Of a stretch of DNA of 64,000 bases, positions 1-9,967 are shown piece by piece (the first letter of the stretch is position 1; each line of letters begins with the position of its first letter). The notes under the pieces were generated by a model that saw only the letters and a list, made by a program, of their open reading frames with translations, did no database searches and was not told where the DNA came from. The DNA lies in assembly GCA_035693425.1 (NCBI GenBank), contig DASSGR010000195.1, positions 10,032-74,031 on the forward strand. Direction: 5' to 3'. This DNA comes from Solirubrobacteraceae bacterium. Lineage in GTDB: Bacteria > Actinomycetota > Thermoleophilia > Solirubrobacterales > Solirubrobacteraceae. A program made the position numbers and the translations under genes.

Positions 1-218
1 TCGGCATCGGGCTGGGCGGCGCGGTGCTGCTTGACGCCGCGATCGTGCGCTCGGTGCTGGTGCCGTCCGTGATGCTGATGCTCGGCGATCTCAACTGGAA
101 GCTCCCGGCGTTCCTCGACCGCATCCTCCCGCGGGTCAACATCGAGGGCAGCGTCGAGCGCATCCCCGCTCGCGACGAGCAGCTGCACGGGCCGGTTCCC
201 GAGCCCGCCCGCGGATAG
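1..218 (+). CDS. MMPL/RND family membrane transporter, C-terminal fragment (5' end outside the window)
   Basis: Open frame from the window edge: GIGLGGAVLLDAAIVRSVLVPSVMLMLGDLNWKLP matches the typical MMPL last-TM 'DA.IVR..LVP.....G..NW..P' ending. Confidence 0.8.
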   Translation, partial: GIGLGGAVLLDAAIVRSVLVPSVMLMLGDLNWKLPAFLDRILPRVNIEGSVERIPARDEQLHGPVPEPARG

Positions 219-309
219 CTGCAATCCGATAACAGCCGCGCCTTTATTCCGGGTCGGCCGCCCGTCAGAATCGCCTCCTGACAGGCCGGTACGACTGGAG
301 GAGGAACCA

Positions 310-1335
310 GTGATCGTCGATTGCGCCCACTACTGCGACGGGCGGCGGCAACACGATGGACCGATGGATCTCGATCGGGCTGCGACGATCTATAAGGACG
401 ATCGCGGAGGATTCGTGTGGCTCGGCCTGTTCGAACCGAGCCTCGAGGAGCTTCAGAAGGTGCAGGCACGCTTCGGCCTGCACGACCTGGCTATCGAGGA
501 TGCGCAGAACCTGCACCTGCGGCCGAAGGTCGAGCAGTACAGCGACGGTGCGGTCTCGTTCGTCGTGATCCGGACCGCGCGCTACATCGACGAGACCGAC
601 GACGTCGAGTTCGGAGAGGTGAGCGTGTTCATCGGCAGCCAGTTCGTGATCACCGTGCGCCAGGGAGGAGCCAGCGAGCTGCACGAGGCCCGCACCCGCC
701 TCGAGCAGCGTCCCGACCTGCTCGCGGAGGGCTCCAACTCGGCGCTGTGGGCGATCATGGACAAGGTCGTCGACGACTACCTGCCGGTCGTGCAGTCCCT
801 GGATACCGACGTCTCAGAGCTCGAGGAAACGGTGTTCGGCGGGTCCGTGGCCCCGAGCGAGCGGATCTACAAGCTTCGGCGAGAGGCGACCGAGTTCCAC
901 CGTGCGGTGCACCCCCTCCTGGCGCCGGTCGACGCGATCGCTCGCGGCACTTTGCTCGACGCCAGCCCCAAGCTGCGCCCGTTCTTTCGCGACATCAACG
1001 ACCACCTGAAGCTGACTGCGGAGGAGATCGGGTCACAACGCGAGCTGCTGGGCGTGATGCTCCAGGCGAACCTCGCGGTGATCTCGCTTCAGCAGAACGA
1101 GATCAGCGTCCGCCAGAACGAGACCTCCAAGCAGCTGACCGTGATCGCGACCGTGTTCCTGCCGCTGACCTTCATCACCGGGTTCTTCGGGATGAACTTC
1201 GAATGGCTGACCAGCCACGACCAGTCGGAGGCGACATTCCTGATCTGGGGCATCGGAACCCTGATCGTGTCGTTGATAGCGCTAGGGATCTTCTTCAAGC
1301 ACCGCGGCTGGTTCGGCTCCGAGGACGCCGGCTAG
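310..1335 (+). CDS. corA: CorA family Mg2+/Co2+ transporter
   Basis: GMN signature (FFGMNF) between two C-terminal TM helices; LHDLAIEDA...RPKVEQY; SD GGAGG at about 298-304. Confidence 0.93.
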   Translation: MIVDCAHYCDGRRQHDGPMDLDRAATIYKDDRGGFVWLGLFEPSLEELQKVQARFGLHDLAIEDAQNLHLRPKVEQYSDGAVSFVVIRTARYIDETDDVEFGEVSVFIGSQFVITVRQGGASELHEARTRLEQRPDLLAEGSNSALWAIMDKVVDDYLPVVQSLDTDVSELEETVFGGSVAPSERIYKLRREATEFHRAVHPLLAPVDAIARGTLLDASPKLRPFFRDINDHLKLTAEEIGSQRELLGVMLQANLAVISLQQNEISVRQNETSKQLTVIATVFLPLTFITGFFGMNFEWLTSHDQSEATFLIWGIGTLIVSLIALGIFFKHRGWFGSEDAG

Positions 1336-2120
1336 CTGAGCGATATCTCCTCGCCTGGCGCGACCGGTCGCAGGCGATCGGTCAGCCCGGCGTGCGCGAA
1401 TTCGCGCTCCACATCGGCCGCGCTCGACGTGAAGTGCGCCCACCCGTCCTGATGGATCGGCGCGATCGGCGCGTCGCCGAGCTCGCGCGCCGCCTCGACG
1501 GCCGTCTGCGCGGTCAGCGTCAGATGCGCATTGCCCCAGGCCTCGGGGACCTGCGCGCCGCCAATGAACAGCACCACGGCGTCAAACGGGCCGTGATCTG
1601 CCGCGATGCTCCGCACCACGTCCACCGAAGCGTTGTCGCCGCTCACATACAAGCTGGGCAGTCCATCGCCATTCAGCACGAAGCCGATCACCGGCCCGTT
1701 CTTGGAAGCAACCTCGGGCGGTCCGTGGTCGGCCCGCACGGCCGTGACGCTGACGGATCCGCCGCCGTCCGGGCGATCAACCGTCACCACATCGCCCGGC
1801 TCCATGCCGACGGCGTTGCCGCCGAGCCGCTCCGCCCCCGCGCCGGTCGTCAGCACTCGTCCTGCGCGTGTGAGCATCTCGCGGCCGGAGTGGTCGAGGT
1901 TGTCGGAGTGGTGGTCATGGGAGACCAGCACGGCGTCGACCGGCATCACATCCTCCACCGCCACAGCCGGGCCGGCGAGCTTTCTGAGCACGATGTTGGT
2001 GCCGGGCCGCGGGTAATCGCCCGGCGGATCGAACGTCGGGTCGGTGAGCAGCCGCAAGCCACCGTAGGCGATCAGCGCCGTCGGCCCGCCCACCAGCCGG
2101 AGTGTCAGCGCCTCAGCCAT
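1332..2120 (-). CDS. MBL-fold metallo-hydrolase (Lactamase_B_2/3-like)
   Basis: LLTDPTFD, VLVSHDHHSDNLD, LYVSGDN, PIHQDGWAHF motifs. Confidence 0.85.
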   Translation of the reverse strand: MAEALTLRLVGGPTALIAYGGLRLLTDPTFDPPGDYPRPGTNIVLRKLAGPAVAVEDVMPVDAVLVSHDHHSDNLDHSGREMLTRAGRVLTTGAGAERLGGNAVGMEPGDVVTVDRPDGGGSVSVTAVRADHGPPEVASKNGPVIGFVLNGDGLPSLYVSGDNASVDVVRSIAADHGPFDAVVLFIGGAQVPEAWGNAHLTLTAQTAVEAARELGDAPIAPIHQDGWAHFTSSAADVEREFAHAGLTDRLRPVAPGEEISLS

Positions 2121-2199
2121 CGACCCGGCAGCCTAATGGCTCGGGATCTTCGCCTCCTCTTAGAGACCCTTCACCTGACTCTCGCAAGCGGATGGTCCA

Positions 2200-2667
2200 A
2201 TGCCGCCCATGACCACTCAAGCGCCCCCTCACCATCTCGACCGGTCGACAACGCTCCCGGCGCACGAGCAGCCGACCGCCGCGATCGAGCCCGGCACCGA
2301 CGAAACGATCGTCGACTCGCTGCCGCTACTCGATCACCGTTCGCGCAGCCGCGCGATCAGTCCGCGGCTGGCGGCTCGCGGGCGCTACCTGGCACTGCAG
2401 GACGGCGAGGAGACTCGGCTGATCCGCCTGGAGACCAACATCACGCACCTGGGCCGGGGACTGACCTCCGACCTGCGCTTCGAACACCAGCACGTGTCGC
2501 GCACGCATGCGCTCGTCGTCCGCCACGGCCGCGTGGTCCGCGTCCTGGACAACCGCAGCACGGCCGGCACGTTCGTCAACGGACGGCGCGTTGTCGCGAC
2601 CAATATCCAGAACGGGGACGTGATCCGGGTCGGCCCCGTTGTGCTGCAGTACGTGGAGATCAGATGA
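2200..2667 (+). CDS. FHA domain-containing protein
   Basis: LGRG...HVSRTHA...DNRSTAGTFVNG...NGDVIRVG (FHA G-R and S-x-x-H motifs). Confidence 0.85.
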   Translation: MPPMTTQAPPHHLDRSTTLPAHEQPTAAIEPGTDETIVDSLPLLDHRSRSRAISPRLAARGRYLALQDGEETRLIRLETNITHLGRGLTSDLRFEHQHVSRTHALVVRHGRVVRVLDNRSTAGTFVNGRRVVATNIQNGDVIRVGPVVLQYVEIR

Positions 2668-2688
2668 CGCCCCGGCGGCGCTGCGTGG

Positions 2689-4569
2689 TCAGCCCTCGAC
2701 CCGCTCCTCGGTCACGTCTCGCGCAACCAGCGCCGCGTAGAGCCCGTTGCGCTCCATCAGCTCCTCGTGAGTGCCGCGCTCGGCGATCTGCCCGCGGTCT
2801 AAAACCACTATCTGATCGGCGTCGCGGACGGTCGAGAGGCGATGCGCAATGGTAATCGTCGTGCGCCCCTGAGCGAGCCGCTCGAGCTCGGCTTGTAGCG
2901 CGGCTTCAGTCTGGGTGTCGAGCGAGCTGGTGGCCTCATCGAGCACGAGCACCGGCGGGTTCCGCAGGATGGTGCGCGCGATCGCCATGCGCTGCTTCTC
3001 GCCGCCCGAGAAGCGGTAGCCGCGTTCGCCGACGATCGTGTCATAGCCCTCGGGAAGCGACTCGATCAGTGCCGAGATCCGGGCCGTGCGCACGGCCTCG
3101 TCGATCTCCTCGTCGGTTGCGTCGGGCCGGGCGAAGCGGAGGTTCTCGCGCACGCTCGCGTGGAACAGGTAAGTCTCCTGCGAGACCACGCCGACGGTCG
3201 CCGCGAGCGACTCGAGGCTCGCGTCGCGCACGTCGACCCCGTCGATCGTGACCCGCCCCTGCTGTGGCTCGTAGAGCCGCGCCACCAGGTAGCCGAGCGT
3301 CGTCTTGCCCGCTCCGGTCTCGCCGACGATCGCGGTTCGCGTGCCGGCCGGCACGACCAGCTCGATGTCGTGCAACGTCCAGGACGCGTCCTCGTCGGCT
3401 CCGTAGCGGAACGAGACGTCCTCGAAGCGGACCTCGCCGAGCACCTCGCTGGGTCGAAGCTGCACGGGGTTGGGCTTCTCGACGATGTCGACGGGCAGGT
3501 CGAGGTACTCGAAGATGCGGTCGAACAGGGCCAGCGACGCCTCGACGTCGGCGCCGGTCGAGAGCAGGCTCTGGATCGGGAACAGCAGCCGCGTCTGCAG
3601 CTGCGTGAAGGCGACAACCGTGCCGATCGAGATCGCGGTGCCGCCGCGAACGAAGCTCTGCCCGGCGATCCAGTAGACCAGCGCAGGCTGGATCGCAAAC
3701 ACCATCTGGATCGTCGACATCATCCAGCGGCCCGCCATCCGCGAGCGCACCTCGATATCGGCGATATCGCCCGAGTCGCCGGTGAAGCGCTCGGCCAGGT
3801 CGCGGCCCCGGCCCATCGTCTTCCCGAGCATGATCCCCGAGACCGACAGCGACTCCGACACCAGCGCCGACAGATCCGCCAGGCGCTTCTGGCGCTCGGT
3901 CGTGATGCGTCGCCGGACCTGCCCGACCCGGCGGGTCAGGTACACGAACGCGGGGACGAAGATCAGCGACAGCGCCGCCAGACGCCAGTCGAGCAGCACC
4001 ATGGCGACGAGCGTCGCGATCACCGTGGTCACGTTCTGGGCAATCGAGGTCGCCGTCGTCGTCACCACGCTGTCGATGCCACCGATGTCGTTGGCGATGC
4101 GCGACTGGACCTCGCCGGTCCGCGTCCGCGTGAAGAACGCCAGCGACATCCGCTGCAGGTGGCGGTACACCGCCGCCCGCAGGTCGTGCATCACGCGCTG
4201 GCCGATCACGTTGGAGATGTAGGTCTGCCAGACGGTGATCGCGGCGGTGGCGATCGAGATCCCGATCATCCCCAGCACAAGCTCGGTCAGCAGTGCGCCG
4301 TTGCGCTCGGGCAGCGCCGTGTCGAGCACCGCGCGCAGCAGGAACGGCGAGATGATGCCCAACCCCGACGAAAACACGATCAGGCCGATGACCGCCGCAA
4401 GCCGGACCCGGTAGGGCGCGAACAGCGCCATGATCCGGTGGGGATCGCGCTTGCGCTCAGGATCCATCAGCGGCGGCGGCTCGCCGCGCCGCCTGCCGCC
4501 GCGTCCTGAGCCGCCGTCGCCACTGGCGGCGCGCAGCCCGTGCATGTCGCGAAATGAGCTCATCTGCAT
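2689..4569 (-). CDS. ABC exporter, fused permease/ATPase (ABC-B half transporter)
   Basis: 6 TM N-terminal half; Walker A GETGAGKT, signature FSGGEKQR, Walker B LVLDEAT, IAHRLST. Confidence 0.93.
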   Translation of the reverse strand: MQMSSFRDMHGLRAASGDGGSGRGGRRRGEPPPLMDPERKRDPHRIMALFAPYRVRLAAVIGLIVFSSGLGIISPFLLRAVLDTALPERNGALLTELVLGMIGISIATAAITVWQTYISNVIGQRVMHDLRAAVYRHLQRMSLAFFTRTRTGEVQSRIANDIGGIDSVVTTTATSIAQNVTTVIATLVAMVLLDWRLAALSLIFVPAFVYLTRRVGQVRRRITTERQKRLADLSALVSESLSVSGIMLGKTMGRGRDLAERFTGDSGDIADIEVRSRMAGRWMMSTIQMVFAIQPALVYWIAGQSFVRGGTAISIGTVVAFTQLQTRLLFPIQSLLSTGADVEASLALFDRIFEYLDLPVDIVEKPNPVQLRPSEVLGEVRFEDVSFRYGADEDASWTLHDIELVVPAGTRTAIVGETGAGKTTLGYLVARLYEPQQGRVTIDGVDVRDASLESLAATVGVVSQETYLFHASVRENLRFARPDATDEEIDEAVRTARISALIESLPEGYDTIVGERGYRFSGGEKQRMAIARTILRNPPVLVLDEATSSLDTQTEAALQAELERLAQGRTTITIAHRLSTVRDADQIVVLDRGQIAERGTHEELMERNGLYAALVARDVTEERVEG

Positions 4570-4579
4570 CCATGATGAC

Positions 4580-5254
4580 TCATGCGTCGCGGCTTCCCAC
4601 CGAGCGGCCCTCTCCGGTCGCCGCCGAGGCGGCCGCGAGGATCATGCCCATGTACCAGTCGGCCACCTGGTCGCGCCGCACCTGAGGGTGCTCCAGCCAC
4701 CAGTTCGCCAGCGATTCGCCGGCCCCGACGATCGCATGGGCGGTCGCCTCCACCGACATGTCGGGAACGTGTCCCTGCGCTCGCGTGGCGCCCGCGAGCA
4801 CGGCCATGATCCACTCGGCGATCCGGCCGCGAAGCACAGCAACCTCGTCGACAACCGGGCCCATCGACGTGAGCTCGCCGAACAGCACCTGCCAGCCGTC
4901 GCGGTGCTCCTCGATGAACGCGAGGAACTCCAGGATCCCGGCGCGCAGGCGCACGGAAGGCTGGTCGTCGGGCGTCGTCGCCCCCGCCAGCCGGTCGAGT
5001 AGCTCACGCCCGGTGCGATCGACGTACGCTACGTACAGGCCGTCCTTGGAGCCGAAATATGCGTACAGCATCGGCTTTGACACATCCGCCAGGCCGGCGA
5101 TCTCGTCCATCGACGCGGCGTGGTAGCCACGTGCGAACACCTGGCCGGCGGCGTCGAGGATCGACCGCTCGCGGTCTCTCCTCGGCATACCTCGCGTGCC
5201 GGCCTTGCGGGGCCGGTGGTGGCGGCTACGAGATTTTGCTCGGGATGAGGTCAA
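4580..5254 (-). CDS. TetR/AcrR family transcriptional regulator (start may be the ATG at 5188)
   Basis: ILDAAGQVFARGYHAASMDEIAGLADVSKPMLYAYFGSKDGLY HTH. Confidence 0.9.
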   Translation of the reverse strand: MTSSRAKSRSRHHRPRKAGTRGMPRRDRERSILDAAGQVFARGYHAASMDEIAGLADVSKPMLYAYFGSKDGLYVAYVDRTGRELLDRLAGATTPDDQPSVRLRAGILEFLAFIEEHRDGWQVLFGELTSMGPVVDEVAVLRGRIAEWIMAVLAGATRAQGHVPDMSVEATAHAIVGAGESLANWWLEHPQVRRDQVADWYMGMILAAASAATGEGRSVGSRDA

Positions 5255-5285
5255 GACGTGTTTGGAAACCTACTGAAATGTATAT

Positions 5286-5297
5286 TACTCCTGAGTA
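5286..5297. promoter_or_regulatory. Palindrome TACTC-CT-GAGTA next to an AT-rich -10-like TATATT; candidate TetR operator for the desaturase operon
   Basis: Perfect 5-2-5 inverted repeat ending 1 bp before the ATG at 5299, in the TetR/reductase divergent gap. Confidence 0.5.
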
Positions 5298-5298
5298 G

Positions 5299-6399
5299 AT
5301 GCCGGAACGAGGCGCACCCCCCAACGTCCATCCGATCCAGCGACGTGTGCTGAAGGCACTCAGCTCGCTGAGCTCTCCCCTGCTCCCGGACGACTACCTG
5401 GAGCTCGTCAACCCCTTGTGGTCGACTCGCGAGCTGCGCGGGCGCGTCAAGCACGTCAAGCGCGAGACGCCCGATGCGGCGACGATCTCGATCAAGCCCG
5501 GGTACCGCTGGCCCGGCCATCAGCCCGGCCAGTTCCTGCGGATCGGCGTCGACATCGACGGCGTCCGTCACTGGCGTGCCTATTCGCTGACTTCGGACCC
5601 GTATCAGCCCGACGGGTTGATCAGCGTCACGGTCAAGAACGTCGACGAGGGGCAGGTGTCGCCGTTCCTGGTCCACAAGGCAAAGCCGGGAACGATCGTG
5701 TCGCTGGGCGGCGTCGAGGGCGACTTCGTGCTTCCCGAGGAGACCCCGAGAAAGCTGCTGTTCATCACGGCCGGCAGCGGCATCACTCCGATCATGGGCA
5801 TGCTGCGCCACCTCGACCGCGCCGACGAGATTCGCGACGTCGTGATCCTGCACTCCGCGCGCAAGTCCGACGAGGTGATCTTCGGCGATGAGCTGCGGTC
5901 GCTCGCGCGCCGGCACGAAGGCTTCAAGCTGCACGAGCAGTTGACCGGCGACAACGGACGAATGACTCCGGCCGACCTGGAGCAGCTGTGCGCCGACTGG
6001 CGCGAGCGCGAGGCCTACATCTCGGGTCCCAGCGACATGCTCGACGCGTTTACCGAGCACTGGGACCAGCACGGAGACTGCGCCTGCCTGCACATGGAGC
6101 GCTTCCAGCCGAAACTCGGCCTGGGCGAAAGCGGCGAGGGCGAAGGCGGGCCGATCAAGTTCTGCAAGTCCGACTGCGAGACCGAGTCAGACGGCAGCGT
6201 CCCGATCCTCGTCGCCGGCGAGGAGGCGGGACTGGACCTGCCGTACGGGTGCCGTGAGGGCATCTGCCACACGTGCGTTGGCGAGCTTCGTTCCGGACGT
6301 GTCCGGGACCTTCGCAACGGGAAGGTGTACGGCCAGGAAGGCGAGGTGATCCGGACGTGCATCAGCGCCCCCGAGGGACCGGTCGAGATCGACCTCTGA
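5299..6399 (+). CDS. Ferredoxin reductase (FAD/NAD + [2Fe-2S]), electron-transfer partner of acyl-CoA desaturase (Rv3230c-like)
   Basis: RAYSLTS, AGSGITP, YISGP, GCREGICHTC...C; adjacent to the desaturase. Confidence 0.9.
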   Translation: MPERGAPPNVHPIQRRVLKALSSLSSPLLPDDYLELVNPLWSTRELRGRVKHVKRETPDAATISIKPGYRWPGHQPGQFLRIGVDIDGVRHWRAYSLTSDPYQPDGLISVTVKNVDEGQVSPFLVHKAKPGTIVSLGGVEGDFVLPEETPRKLLFITAGSGITPIMGMLRHLDRADEIRDVVILHSARKSDEVIFGDELRSLARRHEGFKLHEQLTGDNGRMTPADLEQLCADWREREAYISGPSDMLDAFTEHWDQHGDCACLHMERFQPKLGLGESGEGEGGPIKFCKSDCETESDGSVPILVAGEEAGLDLPYGCREGICHTCVGELRSGRVRDLRNGKVYGQEGEVIRTCISAPEGPVEIDL

Positions 6400-6429
6400 G
6401 CAACCCGAAAACGACTTAGGAGAAGGCAC

Positions 6430-7800
6430 ATGGCGACCGTCAATCAGGATGGCCACCGATCGAACGGCAGCGCGCCCGTCGATACGCCGGATAACCCGCT
6501 GCATCGTCTGACGCCCGAGCAGATCGAGGAGATCGGGCGCGAGTTCGACGAGCTTCACGAGCAGGTCAAGGCCGACCTCGGAGACCGCGACGCGCGCTAC
6601 ATCCGATCGATCATCGGGCTCCAGCGGCGACTGGCGCTGCTCGGCCGCGCGGAGCTGGTGGCGTCCCGCTGGCGCATCCCCTGGATCGTCGGAGCCTCGA
6701 CGCTCGGCCTGGCGAAGATCCTCGAGAACATGGAGATCGGCCACAACGTCCTGCACGGGCAGTGGGACTGGATGAACGACCCGGTGATCAACTCCAAGGC
6801 GTGGGATTGGGACACCGCCTCCACCGCCGAGGCGTGGCGCCACTCCCACAACTTCATCCACCACACCTACACCAACATCTTGGGCAAGGACCGCGACCTC
6901 GGCTACGAGATCATGCGGATCGACCCCAGCCAGAAGTGGCACCCCGTCTATCTCGCGCAGCCGTTCTACAACGTCCTGTTGGCGTTCCTGTTCGAGTGGG
7001 GCGTCGCCGTCCACGACCTCGACCTCGAGGCGATCCGCAAGGGCGAGAAGAGCAAGGAGGAGTTGCTCAAGGAGCTCAAGGGGATCGGCGGCAAGGCCCG
7101 TACCCAGATCGTCAAGGACTACATCGCGTGGCCGTTCATCAGCGGGCTCGTGATGACACTCGTCGACGCCGGCGTGCTCAGCTACAAGGCGCGCTCTGAG
7201 AGCCCCGCCAAGCGCGCCGCCAAGCGCACAGTGGCGAAGGTCGCGTGGCGTCACGGAGGCCCCCGCGCCCGTCAGGCGATCCTGAAGCGGCTGATCGAGC
7301 GGCGCTCGTTCCGCGAGCCGTTCGTCCGCACCCTGCAGGCCAACGCGCTCGCCAACGTGATCCGCAACGTGTGGTCCTACGCGATCATCTTCTGCGGCCA
7401 CTTCCCCGACCAGACGTACACGTTCACCCAGGAGGAGACCGACGAGGAGACGCGCGGTGCCTGGTACGTGCGCCAGCTGACCGGCGCGGCGAACATCGAC
7501 GGCGGGCCGCTGTTCCACGTGCTCAGCGGAAACCTCGGCTACCAGGTCGAGCACCATCTGTTCCCGGACATGCCCAGCACGCGCTACGGCGAGATCGCGC
7601 CCAAGGTTCGGGAGATCTGCGTGCGCTACGGACTGCCGTACAACTCCGGGCCGTTCCACCAGCAGCTCGGGATGGTGCAGCGCACGATCATCCGGTTGGC
7701 GTTCCCGGGTGGCAAGGAGCGGCCGAAGCCGGGCGCATACGACGGCCCGCTCGTGCGCGGCAAAGGCGAGCACGAGGCGCCGATGGTCACCAAGAGCTAG
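6430..7800 (+). CDS. Membrane acyl-CoA (stearoyl-CoA 9) desaturase, DesA3-like
   Basis: His boxes GHNVLHGQWDW, WRHSHNFIHHTYTN, QVEHHLFP. Confidence 0.92.
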   Translation: MATVNQDGHRSNGSAPVDTPDNPLHRLTPEQIEEIGREFDELHEQVKADLGDRDARYIRSIIGLQRRLALLGRAELVASRWRIPWIVGASTLGLAKILENMEIGHNVLHGQWDWMNDPVINSKAWDWDTASTAEAWRHSHNFIHHTYTNILGKDRDLGYEIMRIDPSQKWHPVYLAQPFYNVLLAFLFEWGVAVHDLDLEAIRKGEKSKEELLKELKGIGGKARTQIVKDYIAWPFISGLVMTLVDAGVLSYKARSESPAKRAAKRTVAKVAWRHGGPRARQAILKRLIERRSFREPFVRTLQANALANVIRNVWSYAIIFCGHFPDQTYTFTQEETDEETRGAWYVRQLTGAANIDGGPLFHVLSGNLGYQVEHHLFPDMPSTRYGEIAPKVREICVRYGLPYNSGPFHQQLGMVQRTIIRLAFPGGKERPKPGAYDGPLVRGKGEHEAPMVTKS

Positions 7801-7888
7801 CGCCCGCTGCTGCACCGACCGCCAAGGCCCGTCCAGCTCCCCGGGACGCGCCTTGAAGAAGTAGCAAGCCGCGCCGATCACCCAGGGG

Positions 7889-9967
7889 ATGGCTATCCAC
7901 GCGGCCACGCCAGGCCACGCCACGCCGCAACGTCCCAGCCGCGCGTTCGCGGTCGCGCAGGTGGCCGCCCTGGTCGGCGCCGCCGCGACGATCGCCCTGA
8001 CGGCGCACTCCATGCGCTGGAGCGTGTGGCCGCTGCTGGTGATCGCCGCGCTGACCGTGGCCAGCGACCTGACGACGTTGGATGCCGGCATGACCCGGCT
8101 GAAGGTGTCCGGAGCGGCGCCCGGGCTGATGCTCGCGATCGTGGTCCTGGGGGGCGGGCCGGCGGCCCTGATCGGGGTTGGCGTGATGGTGGTCCGGTGG
8201 CTCGTGTCCTCACCGCGCCGCCCGGTGCACTACCTGCGCAACGACGCGGCGAGCTATGCATGGCTGCTGCTGGCGACCGCGTACGGCCTCAGTGTTGCCA
8301 CGCGCGCGACGCACCTGAACCGCTGGGCGCTCGGCTACTGCCTGCTCGTGTTCGTGGCGTTCCTTTGGGCGCTGGCCCTGCACTTCCTGTGGACCGCGGC
8401 GTACCGGTGCTATGTCGAGCGCAGGCGCTTGAGCGAGGCCGTGCGCGAGGCGCTGCTTCCGCTGATGAGCGCGCAGCTGTTCTCGGGCCCGCTGACGATG
8501 GTCTCGGTCTACGTCGTGCTGCGCACGGGGACCGTCGGCTTGGCCGTCACCGGCGTGATGATCGTGATCTTCCAGTACCTCGTCGGGGAGCTGCTGACGT
8601 CCAAGCGCCGGGGCTACCGGCTTGCGCAGATCGCCACCACCGACGAGCTCACCGGCGTGGCCAACCGCGAGCGCTTCCAGGCTCGGCTCGAGCAGGAGAT
8701 CGGGCTCGCGCGAGACTCGGGTGGCAGCTTCTCGGTGATGCTGCTCGACCTCGACCACTTCAAGGAGATCAACGACACGCTCGGCCACCACTACGGCGAT
8801 CAGCTGCTGCGCGAGCTGGGCCCGCGACTGGCGCGCGCGGTCGGGCCAGACGGGCTGGTGGCGCGGCTCGGAGGCGACGAGTTCGCCGTGTTCGGAGGCG
8901 AGCGGACCGACGACCCGGATCGCCTGCACCGGATCGCGATCGCACTGATCGACGAGGTGCAGCGGCCGTTTGCCGTCGAGCAGATGATCCTTCAGATCGG
9001 GGCCAGCCTCGGGATCGCGCGCTTCCCGCACGACGGTGATGACTCGGGGGCACTGCTGCGCGGCGCCGACGTCGCGATGTACGCGGCCAAGGAGGCGCGC
9101 GCGGGCCACAAGCTCTACGCCGCCGAGCTCGACCGCCACTCCCGCGACCGCCTGACCGTGCTCTCAGACCTGCGCCATGCGCTCGACAGCGACGAGATCC
9201 TGATCCACTACCAGCCGATCGTCGACGCGCACACGGGCGCCGTGGTCAGCGCCGAGGCGCTGGCCCGCTGGCAGCACCCCGAGCTCGGGATGATCCCCCC
9301 GGGCTCGTTCATCCCGGTGGCCGAGCAGACCGGGCTGATCGGCCCGCTGACGTGGGTGGTGCTCGAGGGTGCGCTCGCGCAATGTGGCGCCTGGCACCGC
9401 GCCGGCTACGACCTGTCGGTCGCGGTCAACCTCTCGGTCCGCAACCTGCTCGACCAGGATCTCCCGCGCCAGATCGAGGAGCGCCTGACGCGCCACGACC
9501 TCCCCGCGCGCGCGCTGCGCGTCGAGATCACCGAGAGCATGATCATGGCCGACCCCGACCGCTCGCTGCAGACGGTGCTGGCGCTGAGTGCGCTCGGCGT
9601 GCACGTGTCGATCGACGACTTCGGCACCGGCTACTCGTCGCTGTCGATGCTCAAGCGGCTCCCCGTCGACGAGCTGAAGATCGACCGGTCGTTCGTCTCG
9701 CCGATGATGCACGACGAGAGCGACCTGATCATCGTTCGCTCCACGATCCATCTCGGGCACGACCTCGGGATGAAAGTGATCGCCGAGGGCGTCGAGGACC
9801 AAGGCACGCTCGAGCGGCTTGCGTCGCTGGGGTGTGACCTGATCCAGGGCTATCACGTGAGCCGCCCTGTGCCGGCAGACGCCTTCACGCAGTGGCTGAT
9901 CGATCGGTTAGGGTCGCCCGGAGATGGCGAGGGCGAGGCTGGGCAACCGCTCCAAGCGGGCACGTAA
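7889..9967 (+). CDS. Membrane-anchored diguanylate cyclase/phosphodiesterase (GGDEF + EAL)
   Basis: Multi-TM N-terminus; RLGGDEF; AEALARW, EITES, DDFGTGYSSL, KIDRSF, AEGVE, QGY. Confidence 0.93.
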   Translation: MAIHAATPGHATPQRPSRAFAVAQVAALVGAAATIALTAHSMRWSVWPLLVIAALTVASDLTTLDAGMTRLKVSGAAPGLMLAIVVLGGGPAALIGVGVMVVRWLVSSPRRPVHYLRNDAASYAWLLLATAYGLSVATRATHLNRWALGYCLLVFVAFLWALALHFLWTAAYRCYVERRRLSEAVREALLPLMSAQLFSGPLTMVSVYVVLRTGTVGLAVTGVMIVIFQYLVGELLTSKRRGYRLAQIATTDELTGVANRERFQARLEQEIGLARDSGGSFSVMLLDLDHFKEINDTLGHHYGDQLLRELGPRLARAVGPDGLVARLGGDEFAVFGGERTDDPDRLHRIAIALIDEVQRPFAVEQMILQIGASLGIARFPHDGDDSGALLRGADVAMYAAKEARAGHKLYAAELDRHSRDRLTVLSDLRHALDSDEILIHYQPIVDAHTGAVVSAEALARWQHPELGMIPPGSFIPVAEQTGLIGPLTWVVLEGALAQCGAWHRAGYDLSVAVNLSVRNLLDQDLPRQIEERLTRHDLPARALRVEITESMIMADPDRSLQTVLALSALGVHVSIDDFGTGYSSLSMLKRLPVDELKIDRSFVSPMMHDESDLIIVRSTIHLGHDLGMKVIAEGVEDQGTLERLASLGCDLIQGYHVSRPVPADAFTQWLIDRLGSPGDGEGEAGQPLQAGT

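Noticed and set aside
417-2855. 812 aa ORF and many other long Arg/Pro/Ala-rich ORFs (e.g. 6187-8091, 17370-19469, 12549-14078, 37562-38866, 57513-59117)
   Set aside because: Shadow or antisense frames of real genes. They are expected at this GC content, have low-complexity composition and carry no motifs.
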